From NCBI GenBank assembly GCA_049515915.1, contig JBEKTP010000004.1, positions 12,709-76,708 on the forward strand: a stretch of 64,000 bases of DNA, given 5' to 3'. Source of the stretch: Patescibacteria group bacterium (GTDB lineage: Bacteria; Patescibacteriota; UBA1384; UBA12157; JAENIV01). How positions within the stretch are numbered: the stretch's first letter is position 1; every line of letters starts with the position of its first letter. The position numbers and the translations under genes were made by a program. This document shows positions 8,370 to 17,806 of the stretch, piece by piece. The notes beneath the pieces were generated by a model. The model had not been told where the DNA came from. It did not search any database and saw only the letters and a list, made by a program, of their open reading frames with translations.

Positions 8370-8463
8370 TGTACCTTTCAGGGAAATCCCAAATCCTAAA
8401 CTTCAAATATCAAATTATTTAGAATTTAGATTTTTGAATTTGATATTTCTAACTTCATCCTAT

Positions 8464-8505
8464 CAAAAAAGAGGCCCAGATTCAATCTCAAAACCTCTTT
8501 TTTGA
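8464..8505 (-). terminator. Rho-independent terminator after greA
   Basis: 9-bp stem aaaaagagg/cctcttttt with T-tract on the minus strand. Confidence 0.55.
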
Positions 8506-8525
8506 ATATTGTGAGACTTAAAAAG

Positions 8526-8981
8526 CTATTTAATACCGATAATGACGCATTCCATCTTGCCGTTCGGGGTGGAAATTTCGACTTTGTCGCCTTTAGCCTT
8601 ACCCATCAGCGAGTACCCAATCGGCGATTCGGAGGAAATTTTGCCAGCGGCCGGATCAGATTCCGAAGAGCTGACAATGGTGTATTCCAGCGTCTGACCA
8701 TCCATCTTCAACGTCACCGTTGAACCCATTTCGACATTGCCGCTACCGTTTTTAGCAACAATTTTAGCTGAGCGGATCATTTCCTCAATCTCTAAAATTC
8801 TCCCTTCGACAAAAGACTGTTCGTTTTTGGCGTCCTCATACTCGGAATTTTCCGAGAGATCCCCATACTCGCGCGCGTTACGGATTCTTTCAACCACCGT
8901 TTTGCGACGTTCTTTTAAATTGTCCAGTTCTTTTCTAAGCTTTTCTAAACCTTGAGTTGTTAATAATAACTGCCCGGTCAT
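8526..8981 (-). CDS. greA: Transcription elongation factor GreA
   Basis: 151 aa; N-terminal coiled coil (LTTQGLEKLRKELDNLKERRKTVVERIRNAREYGDLSENSEYEDAK) plus C-terminal FKBP-like domain. Confidence 0.9.
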   Translation of the reverse strand: MTGQLLLTTQGLEKLRKELDNLKERRKTVVERIRNAREYGDLSENSEYEDAKNEQSFVEGRILEIEEMIRSAKIVAKNGSGNVEMGSTVTLKMDGQTLEYTIVSSSESDPAAGKISSESPIGYSLMGKAKGDKVEISTPNGKMECVIIGIK

Positions 8982-9077
8982 TGAAGTTTCCTCTTTTGGT
9001 TCCTTAAGATGATTTTTATCTATTTTAATACAAATTTATTTTAGCGTCAATAGAAACTAATAAGAATCTGCCTTAAG

Positions 9078-10985
9078 CTACTTTTGAAAGTAATAATTTA
9101 AAATGTCTCGGACGACGGGGCCCGCTTCCGCATAGCCTTCGCCGCCTTGTTCAACCAAAACCGCCACGGCAATTTGAGGGTTATCGTAAGGAGCATAAGC
9201 CGTCATCCAAGCATGAGTTTTACCGGCGACTTCAAACTGGGCCGTGCCGGTTTTGGCGGCGGCCGGAACCGTCAAGCTGCCCAGCTGACTTCGGGCCGAG
9301 CCGCTGGTAACAGCCTCCCGCATTCCTTCTTGAACAACCTGGATATATTGAGGATCAATAAATTTATCTTTCAAAATGTCTTTTTGAAAAACTTCCACGA
9401 CATTGCCATTTTGATCGGTAATTTTATTGACTACTTCCGGCTTTAAAACTTCGCCACCGTTGGCAATCGCCGAAGTGGCCATGACCATTTGTAGCGGGGT
9501 AACCAATAAATCTCCCTGCCCAATGCCTAAGTGATAAGTATCGCCTAAATACCAACTTTCGCCTTTAGTTTTTAGTTTCCAAGCCGGGTCCGGCACCAGT
9601 CCAGTTGCTTCGCCGGGCAGATCAATGCCCGTTTTTTGCCCAAACCCAAATTTAAGCAAATATTTTTTGATCGTTTCGACACCCAAACCCTTGATTTTAT
9701 CCCAACCGCCGGCCACCGAATAAAAAAAGACATCACAACTGACAGCAATCGCTTTACGGACATCGGTTAAACCAAATCCGCCTGGTTTCCAATCGGGATA
9801 AACATAATTACCGACTTTGATTTCACCCGGCGCGTTAATGGTTGTACTGGGGGTGATTTCTCCTTCCTGCAAAGCCATCGAAGCCATAAAAGGTTTAATG
9901 ATTGAACCGGACGGATATTGTCCGGCAATCGCTCGATCGAATAAAGGGTTATCGGGATTTTGTAAGAGCTGCTGGTATTCCTGCGAAGCGGTCGGTCGAG
10001 TAAATAAATTATTATCGTACGAAGGAAGACTAACCAATCCTAAAATTTGGCCGGTCTGCGGATTCATCGCAATCGCCACGCCGCCGGTGCCTTTGGAAGA
10101 TGAAATAACGTTTTGGAGTGAACTGGCCATCACCTGCTCTAAACCGCTATCAATATTTAAAACCAAATTGTCGCCCGGCTGCGGCTCGGTATTTGAAAGC
10201 TGTCTTTGTTGCTGACCTTTGGCATCAACTTCCACTTCGGAAACGCCTGGCACTCCTTTGAGATATTTTTCGTAAGACATTTCCAGTCCGTCTTTGCCGA
10301 TTTCGTCGCTCGATTTGTAACCGGGATTATTTTTAAGTTCTTCCGCCGAAATTTTTCCCACGTATCCTAAAATTGTCGAAAGTCCCGGAATGGTGGCATA
10401 TTGTCGGATCGGATCAGTCGAGACTCCCACCCCGGGCAAATTAGCCGTTTTGACCTGTAGCAGCAAGGCTGTATCCCGATCAAGATTTTGTTTTAAGATG
10501 ACGGGGTCATAAGTCGAAAGTCCTTTTTGAGCCACAGCCGTGGCAATATCATCAACCGGAATTTGAGCAATAAGAGATAAGGTAGTGTAAATGTTTTCTC
10601 GGGCGGATTTATCTTTCGGCAAATCTAAGGGATAAATTTCCAAGCTATAAGAAGCGGTATTTTGAGCTAAAACTTTTCCTTTGGCATCAGTAATTAATCC
10701 CCTGGGGGCGGCGATGTCGCGAACTCTAATTCGATTGCCTTCGGCCAAACTGAGATTAAAACTGCCTTGAGTAATTTGAAGCCGAAGCAGCTGGGCAAAA
10801 AGAGTCCCAAAAATAATTAAGGCGATAAGATAGGCGCCCCAAATAGAGCCGGGTTCTTTCTTGAAAATCTCCCCGCCTTCCGCGTCTGACTTAAAATGCT
10901 CATACTCTAAAGTGTGTTCTTTGAGAATGCGTTTTGACTTATCGCCGGGGAGAGATTTATTGTCAAACAAATCAAATATCGACAT
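9078..10985 (-). CDS. mrdA: Penicillin-binding protein 2 (peptidoglycan D,D-transpeptidase MrdA)
   Basis: 635 aa; N-terminal TM, dimerisation domain, transpeptidase motifs SIIKP (SxxK), and KTGTA (KTG), following mreBCD. Confidence 0.9.
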   Translation of the reverse strand: MSIFDLFDNKSLPGDKSKRILKEHTLEYEHFKSDAEGGEIFKKEPGSIWGAYLIALIIFGTLFAQLLRLQITQGSFNLSLAEGNRIRVRDIAAPRGLITDAKGKVLAQNTASYSLEIYPLDLPKDKSARENIYTTLSLIAQIPVDDIATAVAQKGLSTYDPVILKQNLDRDTALLLQVKTANLPGVGVSTDPIRQYATIPGLSTILGYVGKISAEELKNNPGYKSSDEIGKDGLEMSYEKYLKGVPGVSEVEVDAKGQQQRQLSNTEPQPGDNLVLNIDSGLEQVMASSLQNVISSSKGTGGVAIAMNPQTGQILGLVSLPSYDNNLFTRPTASQEYQQLLQNPDNPLFDRAIAGQYPSGSIIKPFMASMALQEGEITPSTTINAPGEIKVGNYVYPDWKPGGFGLTDVRKAIAVSCDVFFYSVAGGWDKIKGLGVETIKKYLLKFGFGQKTGIDLPGEATGLVPDPAWKLKTKGESWYLGDTYHLGIGQGDLLVTPLQMVMATSAIANGGEVLKPEVVNKITDQNGNVVEVFQKDILKDKFIDPQYIQVVQEGMREAVTSGSARSQLGSLTVPAAAKTGTAQFEVAGKTHAWMTAYAPYDNPQIAVAVLVEQGGEGYAEAGPVVRDILNYYFQK

Positions 10986-11493
10986 TTGAGGTAAATTGAA
11001 TTTCGCTTTGGGTCTTAATTACTTTGGCTAAAATCAAAGAGAGAATAATTCCCCAGAGACCGTTAATAACGGGATCAAAAAATAGATTCCAGCCTGTCCA
11101 AGTTAAGGTAAACAGGGATATAAATAAATCAATGGCAAGAAAAGAGCCCGTCATGATAAGAAAGGTAAAGAGCCAGCCGGGGGACGGCAAATATTTTAAA
11201 ACGACAAAATTAATCAAAAGAAGGACGTCGAGAATCGCAAAGGTGTAGACGCCAAACCGAAGAGGGGAGGCTAAATCTAAAACTAGTCCGCCGACGACCG
11301 CCACTAAAAAAGAATCTTCGCGGCGATTTTTCAAAGCAAGAACGATCGCTAAAATAAAAATAATATTCGGAAAAGCACCCAGGGTCGCAAATTTTGAAAA
11401 GATTGACAACTGTAAAATCGTCAAAAAAAAGATGATGATAATTTTAAGGATACTTTTTAACATTATTTTCTTAGGGATTAACGACAAAAACAA
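10972..11493 (-). CDS. mreD: Rod shape-determining protein MreD
   Basis: 173 aa polytopic membrane protein located between mreC and mrdA. Confidence 0.75.
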   Translation of the reverse strand: MFLSLIPKKIMLKSILKIIIIFFLTILQLSIFSKFATLGAFPNIIFILAIVLALKNRREDSFLVAVVGGLVLDLASPLRFGVYTFAILDVLLLINFVVLKYLPSPGWLFTFLIMTGSFLAIDLFISLFTLTWTGWNLFFDPVINGLWGIILSLILAKVIKTQSEIQFTSNVDI

Positions 11494-12262
11494 ATTCCAG
11501 ATAATAAATTTGAATCGGATAGATGACCGTCACTTTTTGGAAAATTTCCCCCTCTTTTGAAATGACGTTTCCGACCTTTCCGACCGCAATGCCCGCCGGT
11601 ATGTCACCGCCTAGACCGGAAGTTACCACCTGTTCACCAGTTTGGATCGTGATATTGAGCGGAATTTCTTCGACCGTCAAACCTTGCAAACCGCCTTGTA
11701 GCAAACCAGTCCCACGCGAATTTTGCAACAGTACCGGAACAATAGAATTATAATCGGTAATCAGACTAACTTCCGCTGACGCTTGGTAGACTTGCTTGAT
11801 CACGCCCACTAAATACCCTTGCGCAATCACCGCCTGGCCAGTCTTGACACCATCTTTTGAACCACGATCGATGACGACCGTTTTTATATAGCCGGAAGAT
11901 GCCCGTCCGATAATGCTGGCTGGCGAAATTTGATAGGTGTTGGCAATACTTTGAGAAATTCCGATTTCATTTTTGAGGATTTCGTTTTCATGCTGGACTT
12001 CTTTTAAAATGGCGATCTGACTTTGAAGGTCTAAATTTTCTTTGATCAGCGCTTGATTTTCTTTACCCAATGAACCCAGTTGAAAAAGCTCGTTGAAAAA
12101 AATACTGGTGCGGTTGGCCGTCACGTTTCCCACAATCGAAAAGGGACGAATCGCGCGATATAATCCATTTTTGGCCGGGTCTAACAAACCTTTTGGATCT
12201 AGAAAAAATCCCAGGATAATAATCGCCAAAGCAAGCCACAAAATACGAAATTTTTTAAACAT
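11471..12262 (-). CDS. mreC: Rod shape-determining protein MreC
   Basis: 263 aa, N-terminal TM, coiled coil, beta-rich C-terminus; follows mreB. Confidence 0.85.
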   Translation of the reverse strand: MFKKFRILWLALAIIILGFFLDPKGLLDPAKNGLYRAIRPFSIVGNVTANRTSIFFNELFQLGSLGKENQALIKENLDLQSQIAILKEVQHENEILKNEIGISQSIANTYQISPASIIGRASSGYIKTVVIDRGSKDGVKTGQAVIAQGYLVGVIKQVYQASAEVSLITDYNSIVPVLLQNSRGTGLLQGGLQGLTVEEIPLNITIQTGEQVVTSGLGGDIPAGIAVGKVGNVISKEGEIFQKVTVIYPIQIYYLEFVFVVNP

Positions 12263-12273
12263 TATTTACACCT

Positions 12274-13326
12274 TTAGCTGGGTGAATTACTTGGAAGTAA
12301 AACGTCTTTCAGACTTTCAAGGTCTTCTAAAACCAGGCCTGTCCCTCGAACAACCGAGGTTAAAGGGTCATCGGCAATGTGAACACTGGTCTGAGTCGAT
12401 ATCTTAATAAGCTGATCTAGACCTCGAAGTAAAGCGCCGCCGCCGCAGAGAACAATCCCTTTTTCCATCACATCAGCGACAAGTTCCGGCGGTGTTTCCT
12501 CCATCGTCGCTCGAATCGCCTCGATAATCTGTTGGACTGATTTGCTGATGGCGGTTCGAATTTGGACGTCTGTCACCATTATTTCTTTGGGCAGCCCTGA
12601 GACAAGGTCCCGTCCTCGCATGGGCACATTAATATTTTCTTTGAGCTCGATGGCCGAGCCGGCCGAGAGCTTGATTTCTTCGGCGGTTCTCTCGCCAAGC
12701 AAAAGATTAAATTTGTCTCGGGCAAAATCGATAATATCTTGATTCATCTCGTCGCCAGCCACTCGGATCGAGCGTGAAGCGACAATTCCACCGAGCGATA
12801 TCACTGCCACTTCGGTCGTCCCACCTCCAATATCAACTACCATATTTCCGTTCGCTTCTTGAATCGGCAGCCGAGCCCCAATCGCGGCGGCCACCGGTTC
12901 TTCAATCAAAAAAACATGGCGGGCCCCCGCGTTTAAAGCGGCTTCCTCAACCGCCCGACGTTCTACTTCCGTGACGCCGTAGGGAATCCCGATAACCATC
13001 CGCGGTCTGGGAAACAAGGAAAATTTTTCGCGGTGAACTTTATCAATAAAATATTTGAGCATTTGCTCAGTGACTTCAAAATCGGAAATCACACCGTCAA
13101 CGAGCGGACGAATGGCCACAATGTGAGCCGGCGTTCGCCCAACCATTTTTCGGGCCTCGTTACCGATGGCCAAAATTTCTTTTGATTTTTGATTGATCGC
13201 CACGACCGACGGCTCATTGATGACGATGCCCTTGCCGCGGACATAAACTAACGTATTGGCTGTGCCCAGATCGATGCCAATATCATGAGAGAAAATTCCC
13301 CAAATTCGATCAAGTGTAAATGCCAT
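12274..13326 (-). CDS. mreB: Rod shape-determining actin homologue MreB
   Basis: 350 aa; IGIDLGTANTLVYV..., DIGGGTTEVAVIS actin-fold phosphate motifs. Confidence 0.95.
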   Translation of the reverse strand: MAFTLDRIWGIFSHDIGIDLGTANTLVYVRGKGIVINEPSVVAINQKSKEILAIGNEARKMVGRTPAHIVAIRPLVDGVISDFEVTEQMLKYFIDKVHREKFSLFPRPRMVIGIPYGVTEVERRAVEEAALNAGARHVFLIEEPVAAAIGARLPIQEANGNMVVDIGGGTTEVAVISLGGIVASRSIRVAGDEMNQDIIDFARDKFNLLLGERTAEEIKLSAGSAIELKENINVPMRGRDLVSGLPKEIMVTDVQIRTAISKSVQQIIEAIRATMEETPPELVADVMEKGIVLCGGGALLRGLDQLIKISTQTSVHIADDPLTSVVRGTGLVLEDLESLKDVLLPSNSPS

Positions 13327-13455
13327 TTTTTAATACTTTTTCTTAAACTCCAGCTTAACAAATAATGCCGCGCCGAACAATGGCGACTCTAAAACCCAAA
13401 AAACAGGCTTTTAACAAAGCCCCTCCTTTATTAACCGTGGCTGTTTAAACTTAAC

Positions 13456-14397
13456 TTAACTTTGATTATTTTTCAAATTGTCGATTTGCTCTTGCAGAGT
13501 TTGGGCAAAAACGGCATGGCCATCTTTCGTATCGAAAAAATAAAGATAATCACTCTTGGCCGGGTGGATGGCGGCCTCGATCGACTTAAGGCCCGGGTTA
13601 CAGATGGGCCCAGGCGGCAAGCCAGTATACAAGTAAGTGTTATACGAAGAATTGACATTTTGATAATCGGCCGTGGTGATCGGATCCCACGAGCCTTTGG
13701 CATATTGGACCGTTGGGTCGGCTTGAAGTTTCATATTAATGGCGAGCCGATTTAAAAAAACTCGCGCAATTTGCGGTCTATCTTCATCAAATTTGGATTC
13801 GCGCTCGACGATCGAAGCTAGGATAATCGTTTGAGTATTAATGTTTAAACCCGATGTTTTTTTATCAAAATTATCAAGCATGGTTTGGCGAATTTCCAGG
13901 GGATCCGTTTTGGGCAAAAAGAAATAAGTGTCGGGAAATAAGTACCCCTCGTCGCCCGAGGCAATCCGCGTTAATGACCCCGCGGTTATAATGCCCTTAG
14001 CGGCCAACAAGGCATCGATTTGGGTTACCCGCCAACCTTCAGGAATCGTTACTTCGTCTTCCGATGACTTTTTGTTTATTAAATCGAGGCAAATTTGACC
14101 TAAACTTTCCGCGGGGGAAATTTTATAAACGCCTGCCTGAATAAAGCCGCCCCGAATTTTGACCTCCACTAAAAATAAAGTTGAGGACCGGATAAAACTT
14201 CCGGTTTTCAAACTGGCGGCAATTTCACGCGTTGTTTCGCCCGATTTGATCGTAAAATCTCGCGCCTTGGCTTTGCGGTCGCGTGGCAAAAAAAGAACAA
14301 TCATCAAAATGACAAAAACCAAAAAAAGTATGATTAACCCAAGAAAAATTCCATTTTTTATATTAAATAAAGTTTTATTTTTGGTGTTTTCCGGCAT
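13456..14397 (-). CDS. mltG: Endolytic murein transglycosylase MltG (YceG family)
   Basis: 313 aa, N-terminal TM then YceG-like domain (GVYKISPAESLGQI..., LQADPTVQYA, YNTYLYTGLPPGPICNPG). Confidence 0.85.
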   Translation of the reverse strand: MPENTKNKTLFNIKNGIFLGLIILFLVFVILMIVLFLPRDRKAKARDFTIKSGETTREIAASLKTGSFIRSSTLFLVEVKIRGGFIQAGVYKISPAESLGQICLDLINKKSSEDEVTIPEGWRVTQIDALLAAKGIITAGSLTRIASGDEGYLFPDTYFFLPKTDPLEIRQTMLDNFDKKTSGLNINTQTIILASIVERESKFDEDRPQIARVFLNRLAINMKLQADPTVQYAKGSWDPITTADYQNVNSSYNTYLYTGLPPGPICNPGLKSIEAAIHPAKSDYLYFFDTKDGHAVFAQTLQEQIDNLKNNQS

Positions 14398-14782
14398 ATT
14401 GTTCCAAAATTAATTTCGCGGAAATTTTATCAATTTCTTCTTTATATTTTTTTGAACGCGGATTAAGCTTGGTATTTTTAAGTAACCGTTCCGCTTCTTT
14501 GGACGTCAATGTCTCATCAATATAAACGATTGGTAAATGAATATTTTTAGCTAACTCCATGGCGAAAGAACGGATTTTATCCATCTCAAATGTATCATCA
14601 TTTTTCGGAATCCCGACGATTATTTTAGTGATTTGTTCGGCATGGCAAATTTTAGCAATTTCTAAAACGGCCGTTTGATAATTAGAGTTGTCAAGCGTTC
14701 CGTAAGCGCTAACGAGAGAATTCTCGGCCAGAGCCACCCCAATTCTTTTTTCGCCGATATCTAATCCTAAAAATTTTTTCAA
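14375..14782 (-). CDS. ruvX: Putative pre-16S rRNA nuclease / Holliday-junction resolvase-like YqgF (RuvX)
   Basis: 135 aa; LGLDIGEKRIGVALAE... RNase H-like YqgF signature; alaS-ruvX-mltG synteny. Confidence 0.85.
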   Translation of the reverse strand: MKKFLGLDIGEKRIGVALAENSLVSAYGTLDNSNYQTAVLEIAKICHAEQITKIIVGIPKNDDTFEMDKIRSFAMELAKNIHLPIVYIDETLTSKEAERLLKNTKLNPRSKKYKEEIDKISAKLILEQYAGKHQK

Positions 14783-14796
14783 CTTTACTCCTTAAT

Positions 14797-16461
14797 TTAT
14801 GGGTTATTACCGCTTAAAACATATTGGAGATTGACGCTAACATTTCGGGAATAATTAGGAATTCGCTTAATCCACCAGGATGGGGTGTAGGAAATCTCCG
14901 AACCGCTAACGCCCGAGAGTCCCCCGAGTAGCTGATTAGCTTGAGTTTTATTTTTCCCCAAAAGTTCTTTCTTGATTTGAGCGACATCTAACTTACTTGA
15001 CACTTCGCCGGTGACCGAAACGGTTAAAATTAATTGTTTTTGATCATAATTGGTTTGTTTGACGACTGGTGTAATACTATCGTCGGGGCCGAGACTAATC
15101 ATCTTATCGGCCGGAATTTGCTGCTCCATCTCTTTGATGACAAAATTTTGAAAATTATCTTTTGAGTAGGCCATCACCCGGCCGCGTTCAGTCAAATGCA
15201 TGGTGAAATTAGTGGCTTGATCGCCGACATTGGCCGAGGTGGTCACGCCCTGCGGTTCAATAATTTGCGCTTTATCAATAATTTGTAAACCCGCCGCGTC
15301 TTTTTGAATCTCGGAATTGATCGCCTCGTTTAATTCACTCGTCAATTGAGCTTGGGCTTTATTGTAATCGTCCTGGGAAATAACTTGGACCTGTTTCGAA
15401 TAGCCCCCGCTCAAACTTTGGGTTGACTGCCCATAAATGGCATCTTGCTCGGCAGCGGGTAAATTCACAAAAGCGAAACGGCCGGCTCCGACATTGGAAT
15501 CACTACCGGGATTTTGAGCTTCGATATTGGCATTGACGGTCCCTGGGACAATTTTTAAATTTTGGACAGTCGCCCCCGGTACTACGATCGCATTTTTTAA
15601 AACAAAAGTTTTTGACGAAGACGATAAGATTGTTCCAGCGGAGAAACTGTGAGAGTTAGAGTCCAAACCATTATAAATTACGATCGTGCCCGAAGCTTTG
15701 CCGCCCAAATCTTCTTGACCGGTAGCGGTAAATTGATCCTGTTTATCTTTACTCACGTCAATTAAAGTTCCGGTAAAAACACTCGGATCGCTATTGGCGG
15801 TATCACCGCTAATGGTCATATCTTGGGATTTTTGAAATTTTTCCGCTTGAACTTTAATATTAATCGTCACTTTGGGCAAAACAAAATAAGAACCGACTAA
15901 AACTAACAAAATTACAAAGCCTAAAATCGGCAAGACAATTTTTCCAATTCGAGGCCAATTAATCCGGTGTCCGATTTTAAGATTTTTAGCCTTTGAAAAA
16001 GCAGGCGATGGAACGAACTTTTCTTTTTCACTTTCGATCGGCTTAGGAATAATTTTAGGAGGTTCGACGCTGGCTCTTGGGCGCCCCTGAAAATGATGAA
16101 CACTGACTCCGGCCGGTTCTTCCGATCCCAAAGTTTTTCTCATATCGATTTCTAAAACTTCCTCTTTGGCAAGGTCTGGTTTGGGCGGCTGATAAATAGG
16201 TCGGGGGTCTTTTAATGATTCATAAACAGTCAGTCCTACTTGAGCAGCTAAGTTGCGTCCAATTTTATCCGCCGTCACGATCGCGATCTCTTTACCCAAA
16301 TTACCCGCTTCTTTCAAAAGCAACTTCAAATTGATGACGCTCTGTAGAATAGTCGCGCCGCGCGGCACGACTAAACTGATCCGATGCCCAGTCGATTGCC
16401 TAAGCTTATCGATAACGGAAGTAATTTCTTCATCTGGTTCTAAATAAAGTATTTCACCCAT
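14797..16461 (-). CDS. Hypothetical bitopic membrane protein (554 aa) directly downstream of ftsA
   Basis: ~100-aa cytoplasmic alpha/beta-like domain, Pro-rich linker, one TM (IVLPILGFVILLVLVGSYFVL), ~370-aa extracytoplasmic Ser/Thr/Gln-rich domain; no family recognised. No ftsZ is present next to ftsA. Confidence 0.5.
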   Translation of the reverse strand: MGEILYLEPDEEITSVIDKLRQSTGHRISLVVPRGATILQSVINLKLLLKEAGNLGKEIAIVTADKIGRNLAAQVGLTVYESLKDPRPIYQPPKPDLAKEEVLEIDMRKTLGSEEPAGVSVHHFQGRPRASVEPPKIIPKPIESEKEKFVPSPAFSKAKNLKIGHRINWPRIGKIVLPILGFVILLVLVGSYFVLPKVTINIKVQAEKFQKSQDMTISGDTANSDPSVFTGTLIDVSKDKQDQFTATGQEDLGGKASGTIVIYNGLDSNSHSFSAGTILSSSSKTFVLKNAIVVPGATVQNLKIVPGTVNANIEAQNPGSDSNVGAGRFAFVNLPAAEQDAIYGQSTQSLSGGYSKQVQVISQDDYNKAQAQLTSELNEAINSEIQKDAAGLQIIDKAQIIEPQGVTTSANVGDQATNFTMHLTERGRVMAYSKDNFQNFVIKEMEQQIPADKMISLGPDDSITPVVKQTNYDQKQLILTVSVTGEVSSKLDVAQIKKELLGKNKTQANQLLGGLSGVSGSEISYTPSWWIKRIPNYSRNVSVNLQYVLSGNNP

Positions 16462-16463
16462 AA

Positions 16464-17711
16464 TTATTCTCTCAAACTCGTTACGATTCGGTTAAGGACA
16501 CTGTCCATAACCGCTTCTTCACCCACTAAATCAATAGCTAAATTAGCTAAGCTCATAGGGGTGATATCCCAAGGGTTAACCAATTCATTAGTTTGATCAA
16601 CGACATTGGCCACATCTTGAGGCCGGATAAAATGGACGGAGGGTTTCCGAGCAAATGGCAAATTCGGTGACCACTCAGCATTTTTCAAAGTTTCTTCGAT
16701 TTCCGGAAGACTGGAGCCGCCGCCGCAAAGAAGAATTCTTGACGGCAATAAATCAACTGATGAAAATTCTTCAAGAGTCAATTCGACTCCCGAAAGCCAA
16801 ACTTGACAATCTGCTTTAAGCGCTTTCTTGACAAATTTCGCATCTTCTTCCGGCAACTCACCTTTAGAATATTTAATTTTCATCGTTTCTGCTTCTTCAA
16901 ACGAGCAACCAAACACTTGAGCGATTCTTTTGGTAAACGAGCGGCCACCCAAGGCAAACATTTTAGTGCCTTCGACACCGCCTTGGCGAACAACAGCGAT
17001 GTCCGAAGTACCGCCGCCAATATCGATAAAAATGGCACTAAATTCGGTGGATTCGTTTGGCCCAACCGACCGGGCTAAAGCATAAGGATCGGCCACAATC
17101 GAGAGGAGATCTAAGCCCAATTCATAGGCGATTGTTTGTAAAGCGCCAAGATGAACAATCGGCGCGAAAGCATTAAAAACACCGACATGAAGCTCCCGTC
17201 CTTGAAAACCCAAAGGGTTAGTGACTTTATAACCGTCAATTTTGACATCGGTAATGGCCGCGTTGACCAATTTCACATCAATTTCATTATGGCCGGTCTC
17301 CCAAGCCAAGATTTGTCTCGCGCGATCAAACGAACGGCGCTGAATGCGCGAGATAATATCTTTAAGCTCGTCGAGGGTGATTCCTACTTTAGGATCGGGT
17401 CGAGTATATTTAATGGTCGTGGTGTTACCTTTAACCAATTCACCGGCGATGCCCATAATAACCTGCTTGGGCATAATTTTAGCCTGTTCGGCCGCCCGAT
17501 CAATCGCTTTCGCACAATTTTTCACCACACCGTGAATATCGGTGACCGTACCGCCTTGCATATCGGAAAGTTTCTGCCGTTGGCGGCCGGTTCCCACAAT
17601 CAATCCTTTGTCGTCTTCGACTTTAAAAACCAGACATTTGGCGTATTCGGTTCCAATGTCGAGCGCGACGCAAAAACGGTTTTCAATTTTCCCTTTCCCG
17701 AATAAACCCAA
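16464..17711 (-). CDS. ftsA: Cell division protein FtsA
   Basis: 415 aa actin-fold ATPase (ALDIGTEYAKCLVF, DIGGGTSDIAVV, LCGGGSSLP). Confidence 0.9.
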   Translation of the reverse strand: MGLFGKGKIENRFCVALDIGTEYAKCLVFKVEDDKGLIVGTGRQRQKLSDMQGGTVTDIHGVVKNCAKAIDRAAEQAKIMPKQVIMGIAGELVKGNTTTIKYTRPDPKVGITLDELKDIISRIQRRSFDRARQILAWETGHNEIDVKLVNAAITDVKIDGYKVTNPLGFQGRELHVGVFNAFAPIVHLGALQTIAYELGLDLLSIVADPYALARSVGPNESTEFSAIFIDIGGGTSDIAVVRQGGVEGTKMFALGGRSFTKRIAQVFGCSFEEAETMKIKYSKGELPEEDAKFVKKALKADCQVWLSGVELTLEEFSSVDLLPSRILLCGGGSSLPEIEETLKNAEWSPNLPFARKPSVHFIRPQDVANVVDQTNELVNPWDITPMSLANLAIDLVGEEAVMDSVLNRIVTSLRE

Positions 17712-17767
17712 ATTCCCTCCCTATGAGCGGAATACACAAAAATTAGACTTGAAGTCTCTTCTTTCTT

Positions 17768-17790
17768 AGTATAGCACAAATTATCAATTT
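17768..17790 (-). promoter_or_regulatory. Putative promoter (TTGATA-N-TGTGCTATACT extended -10) for ftsA
   Basis: Minus strand TTGATAATTTGTGCTATACTAAG, ~60 nt upstream of the ftsA ATG. Confidence 0.4.
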
Positions 17791-17806
17791 TGAATCGAAT
17801 AAATGC

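Noticed and set aside
8380-8460. 12-bp inverted repeat aaatatcaaatt ... aatttgatattt upstream of lysK
   Set aside because: It could be an operator, but it sits in an AT-rich spacer where such palindromes arise easily. No partner regulator is nearby, so it was noted only.
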